DNA of 53,777 nt from a bacterium (lineage in GTDB: Bacteria > Patescibacteriota > Minisyncoccia > Minisyncoccales > UBA10102). Each line of letters begins with the position of its first letter. Position 1 is the first letter of the stretch. Shown piece by piece: positions 15,920 through 23,720 of the stretch. The DNA is taken from positions 1-53,777 of the forward strand of contig JAQBTT010000001.1 of assembly GCA_027624865.1 (NCBI GenBank), read 5' to 3'. A program made the position numbers and the translations under genes. Under the pieces are notes generated by a model. That model was not told where the DNA came from. It saw only the letters and a list, made by a program, of their open reading frames with translations, and did not search any database.

Positions 15920-16957
15920 TGATTGCTGATAGTCCAGGAGGGCTTGCACGATAGGATCTAGGTTTCCTTCCATGATTTTCTCTATTCCATGCCAACTTTG
16001 CTCAATTCGATGATCGGTGATTCTATCTTGAGGATAGTTGTATGTTCTAATTTTTTCTACCCTCTTTGCCCATCCAATTTGAGCTTTTCTTTGTCCCGCA
16101 GCTTCTTTGTCGTCTTTTTCTTCCTTTTGTGCCATGAGCCTTGACTCAAGTAAGGAGAGCGCTGCCTCCTTGTTTTTTAGTTGAGATCTTGATGATTGTG
16201 AAAGCACCGTAAGGCCTGATGGGATATGAATAAGTCTAACTGCGGTTTGTCTTTTGTTTACGTTTTGCCCACCAGGCCCTGAGGACCCAGTAAACTCCAT
16301 TTTTAAGTCAGCAGGATTAATTTGAAACTGAGTTTTTGTTGCCTTGGGAATGAGAGCTATGGTTGCCGTAGAGGTATGAATACGTCCTGCTTTTTCTGTT
16401 TCTGGGATTCTTTGCACGCGATGTACTCCAGATTCATACTGCAAGTGTAAAAAGGCATCTTCCCCATCTATTTCTAGCGATGCGTTCTTTATTCCTCCAA
16501 TGTCAGTTCGGTCTTCTTCCAAAAGAGTGGTTGTCCATCCATTGTTTACTGCATATCTTTGATACATGCTTAAAAGATCAGCGGCAAATAAAGCAGCTTC
16601 ATCTCCACCAGCTCCTGCACGAAATTCCATAATGAGAGCACTTGGAAGGTCTTTCTGTCCCTTAGATATGAGGTTCTCTAGCTCCTTTTTTGCGACTGTG
16701 AGTTTTTCTTGAAGTGTTTTTGTTTCAGCCTCTGCCAAAGAGAGTAATTCTGGCTGGTCTTCTGCGCCAAGCATCTCTTGGTTTTCCATTATCTGCGCCT
16801 TGAGGTGCTCTAGTTCTTCTTGCTTTGTAAGGATTTTTTCTAGCTTTGTTTTTCTTTTGGAAAGCTCGTCAAAACGCTGGTAATCTGAAATAAGCTCAGG
16901 GTCCTGAAGCTCTAACAAGAGAGTTTGATATTCTTTCTTTAGTTCTTCAAAGTTCAT
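15887..16957 (-). CDS. prfA: Peptide chain release factor 1
   Basis: SGPGGQNVNK (GGQ) and VQRIPETEKAGRIHTS (the RF1-type PxT tripeptide). Confidence 0.9.
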   Translation of the reverse strand: MNFEELKKEYQTLLLELQDPELISDYQRFDELSKRKTKLEKILTKQEELEHLKAQIMENQEMLGAEDQPELLSLAEAETKTLQEKLTVAKKELENLISKGQKDLPSALIMEFRAGAGGDEAALFAADLLSMYQRYAVNNGWTTTLLEEDRTDIGGIKNASLEIDGEDAFLHLQYESGVHRVQRIPETEKAGRIHTSTATIALIPKATKTQFQINPADLKMEFTGSSGPGGQNVNKRQTAVRLIHIPSGLTVLSQSSRSQLKNKEAALSLLESRLMAQKEEKDDKEAAGQRKAQIGWAKRVEKIRTYNYPQDRITDHRIEQSWHGIEKIMEGNLDPIVQALLDYQQSHPKLSLVLQN

Positions 16958-17160
16958 TTCTTCTTTGCAAGCCTGGAGCGGAATTTCTGGACTCGGCCAA
17001 CCTTGTCCATAATCTTCTCTTTACCAGTGTAGAACGGATGGCATGAAGAACATACCTCTATATCAAGAGTTTCTTTAGTCGCCCCAATGGCAAAAACATT
17101 ACCGCAAGAGCAGGTTACCTTTGCTTTTGGGAAATATTGTGGGTGTATATTTTTTTTCAT
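16954..17160 (-). CDS. rpmE: Ribosomal protein L31 (Zn-ribbon type)
   Basis: MKKNIHPQY start and CSC..CSSCHPFYTG. The start was trimmed from 17259 to the ATG at 17160. Confidence 0.9.
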   Translation of the reverse strand: MKKNIHPQYFPKAKVTCSCGNVFAIGATKETLDIEVCSSCHPFYTGKEKIMDKVGRVQKFRSRLAKKK

Positions 17161-17178
17161 ATGACTAATGTAGCATAC

Positions 17179-17207
17179 TTGTAAATAGAAAACAATCGTG
17201 GTATAAA
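17179..17207 (+). promoter_or_regulatory. Promoter of rpsB-tsf
   Basis: TTGTAA (17179-17184), 17-nt spacer, TATAAA (17202-17207), then 9 nt to ATG 17217. Confidence 0.5.
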
Positions 17208-17216
17208 GAGTGGCGT

Positions 17217-17936
17217 ATGGCAGTAATAGCAAAACCTCAAGAGCCAAAGACCGATCCAATCATTCAAAAGATGATGGAGGCGGGTCTTCATTTTGGTCAT
17301 CGTACCTCAAAGACTCATCCTAAGATGAAGCCGTATATAACAGGGGTGCGAAATACCGTGCATATTATTGACTTGGAAAAAACAAAGGTGAAGTTAGATG
17401 AGGCGCTAGAGCAGATACAGAAGTTAAAGAAGGAAGGAAAAACTATTTTATTTGTAGGGACTAAAGTACAGCAACAGTCTTTGGTTAAGGAAATGGCAAA
17501 GGCTTGTGGCTCTCCGTTTGTTACCGAGCGATGGATTGGAGGTACTTTTACAAACTTCAACACCATTTTAAAGAGAATTGAAAGGCTCAAGGAGTTGGAG
17601 GCACAGCAGGCTTCAGGAGAATGGGACGAGAAGTATACCAAAAAAGAGCAGTTGAATTTAAAGGAGGAAATTATTAAGCTGGAAAAAACTTTCGGTGGCG
17701 TGAAAGAACTTACCAAAGTCCCAGATGCTATATTCATCTGTGACCTTGTGGTAAACAGTGCAGCGGTGCGAGAGGCAAAGAAGATAGGTATCCCTATTAT
17801 TGCCATTTCAGATACCGACACAAATCCAACAGATGCAGATTACTTCATTCCTGCAAACAATGATGCGGTGAGTGCGCTTACATATATTTTTGATAAAATT
17901 AAAGCAGCATGGGGCACAGCTCCTACCTTACAATAA
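17217..17936 (+). CDS. rpsB: Ribosomal protein S2
   Basis: MMEAGLHFGHRTSKTHPKM and the remaining S2-conserved core. Confidence 0.9.
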   Translation: MAVIAKPQEPKTDPIIQKMMEAGLHFGHRTSKTHPKMKPYITGVRNTVHIIDLEKTKVKLDEALEQIQKLKKEGKTILFVGTKVQQQSLVKEMAKACGSPFVTERWIGGTFTNFNTILKRIERLKELEAQQASGEWDEKYTKKEQLNLKEEIIKLEKTFGGVKELTKVPDAIFICDLVVNSAAVREAKKIGIPIIAISDTDTNPTDADYFIPANNDAVSALTYIFDKIKAAWGTAPTLQ

Positions 17937-17943
17937 AGAAAAA

Positions 17944-18390
17944 ATGGATATAAACGACATTAAACAATTGCGAGAGGAAACTGGGATGTCCATGATGGAT
18001 ATTAATAATGCGCTGAAAGAGTCCGGAGATAACCTTGAGAAAGCAAGAGAGTTTTTGCGTTCTCGTGGCGCTGAAATAGCACAAAAAAAGCAAGTAAGAG
18101 AAGTTGGGGAGGGAGTCATAGATGTGTATTTGCACCCTACAGCAAAGACTGGTGTAATATTGGACTTACGTTGTGAAACTGATTTTGTTGCAAAGTCTGG
18201 CGACTTTAAGGCTTTGGCTCATGAGCTTTCTTTGCAAATAGCTGCAATGGACGCCGAGTCTCCAGAGGAGCTTTTAGCACAAGACTACATAAAGGATTCT
18301 TCAAAGACAATGGAGAACTTCTTGCAAGAATACATTGCAAAGCTTGGAGAGAATATTGTTGTAAAGCGATTTGTGCGCTATCAAATATGA
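17944..18390 (+). CDS. tsf: Elongation factor Ts (short form)
   Basis: The UBA-like N-terminus IKQLREETGMSMMDINNALKES and the LRCETDFVAK motif. Start trimmed to ATG 17944. Confidence 0.85.
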   Translation: MDINDIKQLREETGMSMMDINNALKESGDNLEKAREFLRSRGAEIAQKKQVREVGEGVIDVYLHPTAKTGVILDLRCETDFVAKSGDFKALAHELSLQIAAMDAESPEELLAQDYIKDSSKTMENFLQEYIAKLGENIVVKRFVRYQI

Positions 18391-18746
18391 TAGGAGTTAT
18401 CATCGCATCTTTTCTCCTTATAGTAAGCACCATTGGTCTTTTGTATATCATGGGAAAGAAACTTCCAGTGCTTTTAACATATCCTGCAAAAGAGGAGGGG
18501 AGCTCTCCAAAGGAGGATATGAAAAGACTCTTTGCTATTATGCGAGATTCAAAGGCAATGCGCCAAGTTTCCTCTCCTGATGTGCTTGTGCAAAATGTAC
18601 TTTCAAAGACAAGAATTGTGGCTTTGAAAACAGAGAGTAAGACAGGACGAATTCTAGAGAATTTAAGAAAGAAGTCCCAGGAGAAGAATAGTGACTCTAA
18701 GTTCTCAGATGATTATTGGAAAAAGCTCAAACAAAAGAAGGTGTAG
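18387..18746 (+). CDS. Hypothetical membrane-anchored protein
   Basis: 119 aa with one N-terminal TM helix and a Lys-rich tail. The start overlaps the tsf stop (ATGA). Confidence 0.5.
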   Translation: MIGVIIASFLLIVSTIGLLYIMGKKLPVLLTYPAKEEGSSPKEDMKRLFAIMRDSKAMRQVSSPDVLVQNVLSKTRIVALKTESKTGRILENLRKKSQEKNSDSKFSDDYWKKLKQKKV

Positions 18747-18756
18747 TAGTATAGTT

Positions 18757-18830
18757 GCCAGGGTAGCTCAATTGGTAGAGCAGCGCTTTTGTAAAGCGAA
18801 GGTTTGCGGGTTCAAATCCCGCCTCTGGCT
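18757..18830 (+). tRNA. tRNA-Thr (anticodon UGU)
   Basis: Acceptor gccaggg/ctctggc, D arm gctcaattggtagagc, anticodon loop ttTGTaa, T arm gcggg-ttcaaat-cccgc. Confidence 0.8.
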
Positions 18831-18843
18831 CATAAATCAAGAG

Positions 18844-18866
18844 GTCGCCATTTGGGCGATTTTTTG
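18844..18866 (+). terminator. Terminator after tRNA-Thr
   Basis: gtcgcc-attt-gggcgat followed by a T-run. Confidence 0.55.
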
Positions 18867-18930
18867 GTAAAATAAACATATGGCCCATGCTTTTTATAGC
18901 TCACCAGAATATAGAAAGAAGTAAAGTGTT

Positions 18931-19686
18931 TTGACTCAAAAAAACTGGAAGAAGGGTACATTTGATTTCTTTTATGAAAAAGAGAAACGAGTTTGCGCTC
19001 GAAAAGGCTGCAATAAAGGATTTGAGGTTATCCCAAGCTACTCTAACATATACTGTGGGCATAGCTGTGCTGCTGTCGTCAACAATAAAATAAGAGGACC
19101 TTTGACAGAAGAAGTAAAGCAAAAGATTGCAGCATCGCTTGCGGGCAGAACATATCCAGCACGAAAAAAGAATTTTATTGAGAAACGCTGTGAAAATCAA
19201 GAATGTATGAAAACATTCTCTGTCTGGCCTTATCAGGCAAAGCGGAAGTTTTGCAGTAACCAGTGCGCAATGACTGTTATAGGAGGGCAACCTACATCAC
19301 CACGGGCATCAAGAGGGAAAGCTGGGATTAGGAGGGATATAGATCCTACTATTTATTTTTATAGCAGATGGGAAGCTAATATGGCTCGTCTGTATACCTA
19401 TTTGGGTATAGCGTGGCTTTATGCTCCAACCTCATTTGATATTGGGGGCCAAATATATACACCAGATTTTTATTTGCCAGGTTTTGAAAAGTATATAGAA
19501 GTTAAAAACTTTTGGTGGAAGTATTCAAAAGAAAGAGATGAAAAGTTTAGAAAACTGTATCCACATATAAAGCTTGATGTAATACTCAAACCTGAATATC
19601 TTGCGTTAGAGAAAAGATATGCTAAGCTTATTCCGGTATGGGAATATAGAAATACTCCTTTTGAGGTAGTAAGCTCCAGGTCTTGA
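18931..19686 (+). CDS. Two zinc-ribbon repeats, a NUMOD3-like motif and a C-terminal PD-(D/E)xK nuclease domain (free-standing homing-endonuclease-like)
   Basis: Repeats: C.RKGCNKGF..YCGHSC and C.NQECMKTF..FCSNQC. GPLTEEVKQKIAASLAG resembles NUMOD3. The C-terminus SRWEANMARL..YTPDFYLP..YIEVK fits a D...E.K nuclease core. TTG start. Confidence 0.55.
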   Translation: MTQKNWKKGTFDFFYEKEKRVCARKGCNKGFEVIPSYSNIYCGHSCAAVVNNKIRGPLTEEVKQKIAASLAGRTYPARKKNFIEKRCENQECMKTFSVWPYQAKRKFCSNQCAMTVIGGQPTSPRASRGKAGIRRDIDPTIYFYSRWEANMARLYTYLGIAWLYAPTSFDIGGQIYTPDFYLPGFEKYIEVKNFWWKYSKERDEKFRKLYPHIKLDVILKPEYLALEKRYAKLIPVWEYRNTPFEVVSSRS

Positions 19687-19763
19687 CGAGAATATGCAGA
19701 AGTAGTATTCTTTCTCTACAGAGCTTATGTAGATGTTTTAATTACATGTTCCTAAAAGACAGT

Positions 19764-19804
19764 TCCCGAAGGTGTTTTTAATGAATGCCTTCGGGAGTTG
19801 TTTT
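19764..19804 (+). terminator. Terminator after the nuclease gene
   Basis: tcccgaagg...ccttcggga stem followed by gttgtttt. Confidence 0.6.
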
Positions 19805-19832
19805 GACCAGGTTGCAGATTGGAATGTACTTT
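19803..19832 (+). promoter_or_regulatory. Candidate promoter of the 16S transcription unit
   Basis: TTGACC (19803-19808), 18-nt spacer, TACTTT (19827-19832). The -10 is weak. Confidence 0.35.
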
Positions 19833-19875
19833 GGCAATTAAATACGAAAGACGAATGTAAGTTGTAAAGTAAGTT

Positions 19876-20175
19876 GTACTCTCACTCACCATATTCCATC
19901 AATTGAGCGGCGCGAATTTGAGACAGATTCACGGCGCGAGGAACGATGTGTGCCTTCGGCACATGAGAGACGAGTCTCCCTACGGGAGATGTCCCGCAGG
20001 GACACAACAAAGAAGATGGCCAAATATTGCGCCGCCCCAAAAGGGAAGCGCAAAAACGACCAATCGCTTTGTTGCTCCTCCTCACGGTAGTTAAAACTAC
20101 CGCTTTGTCGTCGCGTCTTGCGATTGTTTCGTTTTAGCACTTCTCAAGTTGATGAGATATGGCGAGTGAGAGTAC
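19876..20175 (+). ncRNA. ~300-nt GC-rich structured element in the 16S leader, closed by a ~32-bp stem. Class unknown.
   Basis: gtactctcactcaccatattccatcaattgag (19876-19907) is complementary to ctcaagttgatgagatatggcgagtgagagtac (20143-20175) at about 28/32 positions. The interior holds several GC hairpins (gtgtgccttcggcacat, tctccctacgggaga, gtcccgcagggac, cggtagttaaaactaccg). Confidence 0.5.
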
Positions 20176-20178
20176 TAG

Positions 20179-20206
20179 GTTGATTTTTGAGAGTTGTTCC
20201 GACTCT
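20179..20206 (+). promoter_or_regulatory. 5' strand of the 16S processing stem
   Basis: gttgatt...gttgttccgactc is complementary to 23102-23129 (13 bp perfect plus 7 bp). Confidence 0.7.
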
Positions 20207-20295
20207 ATCAGTACCCTTACGAGGGTACGTTTAGAGAGTTTGATCCTAGCTCAGGATGAACGCTGGCGACGTGGATAAGGCATGCAAGTCGAACG

Positions 20296-20418
20296 TGTCA
20301 GTGTTACGCACTGACCGCAGACACACGCAGACTTGACGCGGAAATACGCAGAAAAATAGTTTCTGCGTGATTCTGCGTTTGTTCTGCGTAGTTCCGCGGC
20401 CAATGCGTAGCATTGGCA
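20296..20418 (+). repeat. 123-nt hairpin-cluster insertion module, copy 1, replacing 16S helix 6 / V1
   Basis: About 85% identical by eye to 31201-31321 in the 23S. The 3' 57 nt match at 55/57. Confidence 0.85.
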
Positions 20419-21929
20419 AGTGGCAAACGAGTTAGTAACACGTGGATACGTACCCTAAAGACGGGCACAACCAGCCGAAAGGTTGGCTAATTCCCGATAG
20501 CCCCCTCTTTCGCTTTTTGTTTCACAAAAAGCTTCAGAGGGCAAGGCCGTAAGGCTTCGCCCTCCGTAGCTCTGTGTGGAACGCAGAGCGAAGGAGGGGT
20601 AAAGAAGCAATTCGCTTTAGGAGCGGTCCGCGGCCTATCAGCTTGTTGGTGAGGTAAAAGCTCACCAAGGCTATGACGGGTAGGGGAGGTGAGAGCCTGT
20701 TCCCCAACGCGGGTACTGAGATACGGACCTGACACCTACGGGTGGCCGCAGTCGAGGATATTGGACAATGGGCGCAAGCCTGATCCAGCGACGTCGCGTG
20801 TGGGATGACGGCCTTCGGGTTGTAAACCACTTTTATAGAGGAAGAAGGCGCATCTCACTGTCGTTCGATGCGAAAGATACTTGTTGATATTTGTTTCTCG
20901 CTTTGCTCGAAACGATACTCGTTGATATTCATTGCAATGAGTATCGCGAGCGTAGCGAGCAAGTATCAATAAATATCTATGAATATTAGCACCGAGCGAG
21001 AGTGAGGTGCGTCTGACGGTACTCTATGAATAAGGGGGTGCTAACTCTGTGCCAGCAGCAGCGGTAATACAGAGCCCCCAAGCGTTATCCGGATTTATTG
21101 GGCGTAAAGCGTCTGTAGCCGGTTTGGCAAGTCTCTTGTTAAATACCAAGGGCTCAACCTTTGGAATGCAAGGGAAACTTTTAGACTAGAGGATGTTAGG
21201 GGCTGATGGAACTCTTAGTGGAGGGGTGGAATCCGTTGATATTAAGAGGAACACCGAAAGCGAAGGCATTCAGCTGGAACAATCCTGACGGTGAGAGACG
21301 AAAGCGTGGGGAGCAAAAAGGATTAGATACCCTTGTAGTCCACGCTGTAAACGATGGATACTAGCTATGTGAAGTGTCGACCCTTCACGTGGCGAAGCTA
21401 ACGCGTTAAGTATCCCGCCTGGGAAGTACGATCGCAAGATTAAAACTCAAAGGAATAGACGGGGGTCCACACAAGCGGTGGATCATGTGGCTTAATTCGT
21501 CAACAAACGAGGAACCTTACCAGGGTTTGACACCTACTGGAAAGCCTCCTGAAAGGGAAGCCTTCTCACAAGGACCAGTAGGCAGGTGTTGCACGGCCGT
21601 CGTCAGCATGTACCTTGAGGCGCTCCGTTAAATCGGGTAACATGCGCAACCCCTATCGCTTGTTTTATATGTCAAGCGAAACTGCCTGAGACAATCAGGA
21701 GGAAGGTGGGGATGACGCCAGGTCCGCGTGGCCCTTTGATATCCTGGGCTGCACACATGATACAATGGAGCCGACAATGGGACGCAATACAGTAATGTGG
21801 AGCAAATCCCTAAACGGCCCCTCAGTTCGGATTGAGGTCTGCAATTCGACCTCATGAAGCCGGAATCGCTAGTAATCGCGTATCAGCTATGGCGCGATGA
21901 ATATGTTCCTGGACCTTGTACTCACCGCC

Positions 21930-22798
21930 AAATAAAATGTGCCCGGCGGTTTACTTCACTAGCAGGTTAAAGTCCTGTCTTTGCAAAAGCAAAGTAGCCA
22001 AAAAATTAGCAGTCCTGGCTCGTAAGAGTCCAGGGTGGAGGGCTTGAGGCAAATAGCAGCCTATGACATAATGAATTTGAACGACTCCTGCGGGCGGTCT
22101 GAAGGAAGTTCAAGAATAATTCGTGCATAAGGATGCTAGGAAATGTGAAATAAATTACCCGGGGAGATCCTAGAAATGAGAGTCTTTTCTGATAATTTCT
22201 AGGAAGTCAGCTAGTGCCATAGTATCTTGCTTGGCAAGAGAAGGGCCTAACCTAAAAAGCATATGCTTTCAAAAGATTACATTGTTGGATTAACCGATGG
22301 GGAGGGGAGTTTTACTGCGTACCTCAGGCCTCCTCGCAAAGAACATGGCTCAAAGAGCTATCGCGTGGAATGTCATTACTATTTGAAGCTTCGAGAAGAT
22401 GACTTAGCCTTGTTAAAAAAGCTAAAGCAATTCTTTAAAGTAGGACTGGTATCATTTCAGAGAGATAGACGATTGAATCATCACGATTGCTATCGGTATG
22501 AAACAACGAATCTAAAGGACATTTGTGAAGTTATCATTCCATTTTTTGATGCAAATCCCTTGCAAGGGAATAAGATGCGAGACTATCGCTTATTCAAGAA
22601 GATTGTAAAAGCAGTAGTAAAGAAAGAGCATCGAACCAATGAAGGATTTTTGAAGATTAAGAAATGGAAAGAAGAAATGCATACTTTTGGGGCTCGCTGA
22701 ATACGGGAAATCCGTATGTTCAGCCTCGATATGGAAAGTCGAGGGCTCCTATTTACTAGGAGCTGGGAACGAGACATTTGACTCAAATGAACTCACTC
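21930..22798 (+). mobile_element. Intervening sequence / intron in the 16S decoding centre (between E. coli C1403 and C1404 equivalents) carrying a LAGLIDADG ORF
   Basis: Exon ttgtactcaccgcc | 869 nt | cgtcaagtc restores the universal CACCGCCCGUCA. The intron class was not established. Confidence 0.75.
22263..22700 (+). CDS. LAGLIDADG homing endonuclease (single-motif, I-CreI-like size)
   Basis: 145 aa with YIVGLTDGEGSF, located inside the 16S intervening sequence. Confidence 0.85.
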   Translation: MLSKDYIVGLTDGEGSFTAYLRPPRKEHGSKSYRVECHYYLKLREDDLALLKKLKQFFKVGLVSFQRDRRLNHHDCYRYETTNLKDICEVIIPFFDANPLQGNKMRDYRLFKKIVKAVVKKEHRTNEGFLKIKKWKEEMHTFGAR

Positions 22799-23101
22799 CG
22801 TCAAGTCAAGCGAGCCGGGAATACCCGAAACTCCACCTCGCGTGGATCTAAGGTAGGCTCGGTGAGAGGGACTAAGTCGTAACAAGGCACCGGTAGGGGA
22901 ACCTGTCGGTGGATCACATCATTTTTGAAAGTGTCGTCCAGATAAGCCCCGCCCTTTCTACGTCGCTCTACTGTCAATCGACGAGTATGGCGATGTGGAA
23001 AGGTATTCTTCGGAAATCATATTTCTTGAGGAAAGAGCGGGGTGATCTGCGGTGTAACTAGAGCCGTTAATTCTAGTTCTAGACATTTATGTTTAGTTTG
23101 T

Positions 23102-23129
23102 GGAGTCGGAACAACTTTTAGCAATCAAC
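23102..23129 (+). promoter_or_regulatory. 3' strand of the 16S processing stem
   Basis: ggagtcggaacaacttttagcaatcaac is complementary to 20179-20206. Confidence 0.7.
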
Positions 23130-23309
23130 TTAGCATACGCAACTTGCAGGAGAGGGTATTCACCCCGCCCCAAATCTTTGGTTTACAAACGTTATGTTTT
23201 TGGATGTAAAAATAATGTATGCCGTGCATAGATTTGGGGCGGGGTTCACAAAACTCCTGTTTTTGTTATGATAGGGAACAGGTTTTCCTTAGTTCCGTTA
23301 AGGGACTAT

Positions 23310-23383
23310 GCGCGTGTAGCTCAGCTGGTTAGAGCATTTCACTGATAATGAAAAGGCCGGAGGTTCGAGTCCTCCCACGCGCA
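23310..23383 (+). tRNA. tRNA-Ile (anticodon GAU)
   Basis: gcgcgtg/cacgcgc acceptor, anticodon loop ctGATaa, T arm ggagg-ttcgagt-cctcc. No CCA is encoded. Confidence 0.9.
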
Positions 23384-23519
23384 CAAGAAAACTAGACCGA
23401 GTCTAGTTTTTGAGAGATATGGTACCTGCTTTGAGAAAACGACTTGCCTTCAGCGGTTTTCTAAAGCAGGCCTGGGATTTGCATTATTCGTCCGCCAGGA
23501 GGCGGACGGCGCAAATCCC

Positions 23520-23616
23520 CCAAAAGACAAGCAGTTGTCTTTTGGGCCCGTGGCTCAGCTGGGTTAAAGACAACTGCTTGTCTTTAACGGGGTTTGAAAC
23601 AACTGCTTGTTTCAAA
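23520..23616 (+). repeat. Three tandem hairpins built on an aagacaa-NNNN-ttgtctt core, plus a 19-nt duplicate of the tRNA-Ala 5' end (23544-23562)
   Basis: ccaaaagacaagcagttgtcttttgg, gttaaagacaactgcttgtctttaac, gtttgaaacaactgcttgtttcaaac. gggcccgtggctcagctgg is identical to 23761-23779. Confidence 0.8.
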
Positions 23617-23720
23617 CGGACATTTTAGCGAACCCTCCGTGGTGAGCGTTAAAAAATGCCCAGGGTATAATGTAGTAAGCTCCTGCGAAGCCGTAAAAAA
23701 CTGCACCGGCTATAATATAG
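23605..23720 (+). repeat. Dispersed repeat family, copy A (core gaaccctccgtggtgagcg plus two tandem tataat-containing units)
   Basis: Near-identical to the reverse complement of 53665-53777. The core is shared with 30625-30699. Confidence 0.85.

Larger units (their letters stand above)
20231..22924 (+). rRNA. rrs: 16S rRNA gene, ~2.7 kb because of one 869-nt intervening sequence and three large expansions
   Basis: agagtttgatcctagctcag at 20235, gtgccagcagcagcggtaatac at ~21049, attagatacccttgtagtcc, and the 3' end gtcgtaacaaggcaccggtaggggaacctgtcggtggatcacatcattt. Expansions lie at 20296-20418, about 20501-20599 and about 20847-21013. Confidence 0.9.

Noticed and set aside
19876-20175. Whether the 16S-leader structured element is RNase P RNA, tmRNA, SRP RNA or 6S RNA.
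   Set aside because: It lacks the RNase P P4 motifs (GAGGAAAGUCC, ACAGAA), the tmRNA tRNA-like ends and tag ORF, and the SRP GGAA/AGCA domain IV motif. Its length and shape do not fit 6S RNA. It is left as unknown.
19882-20969. ORFs of 63-98 aa in the 16S leader and the 5' part of the 16S.
   Set aside because: They lie inside structured RNA (leader element, rRNA helices and expansion segments), and their translations are low-complexity. They are spurious.
23591-23660. Whether the gaaccctccgtggtgagcg block on the opposite strand (ggagggttcgc) is a tRNA T-arm or tRNA-like gene.
   Set aside because: No acceptor, D or anticodon arms can be drawn around it, and the flanking stems do not give a cloverleaf. 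It is treated as a repeat core.
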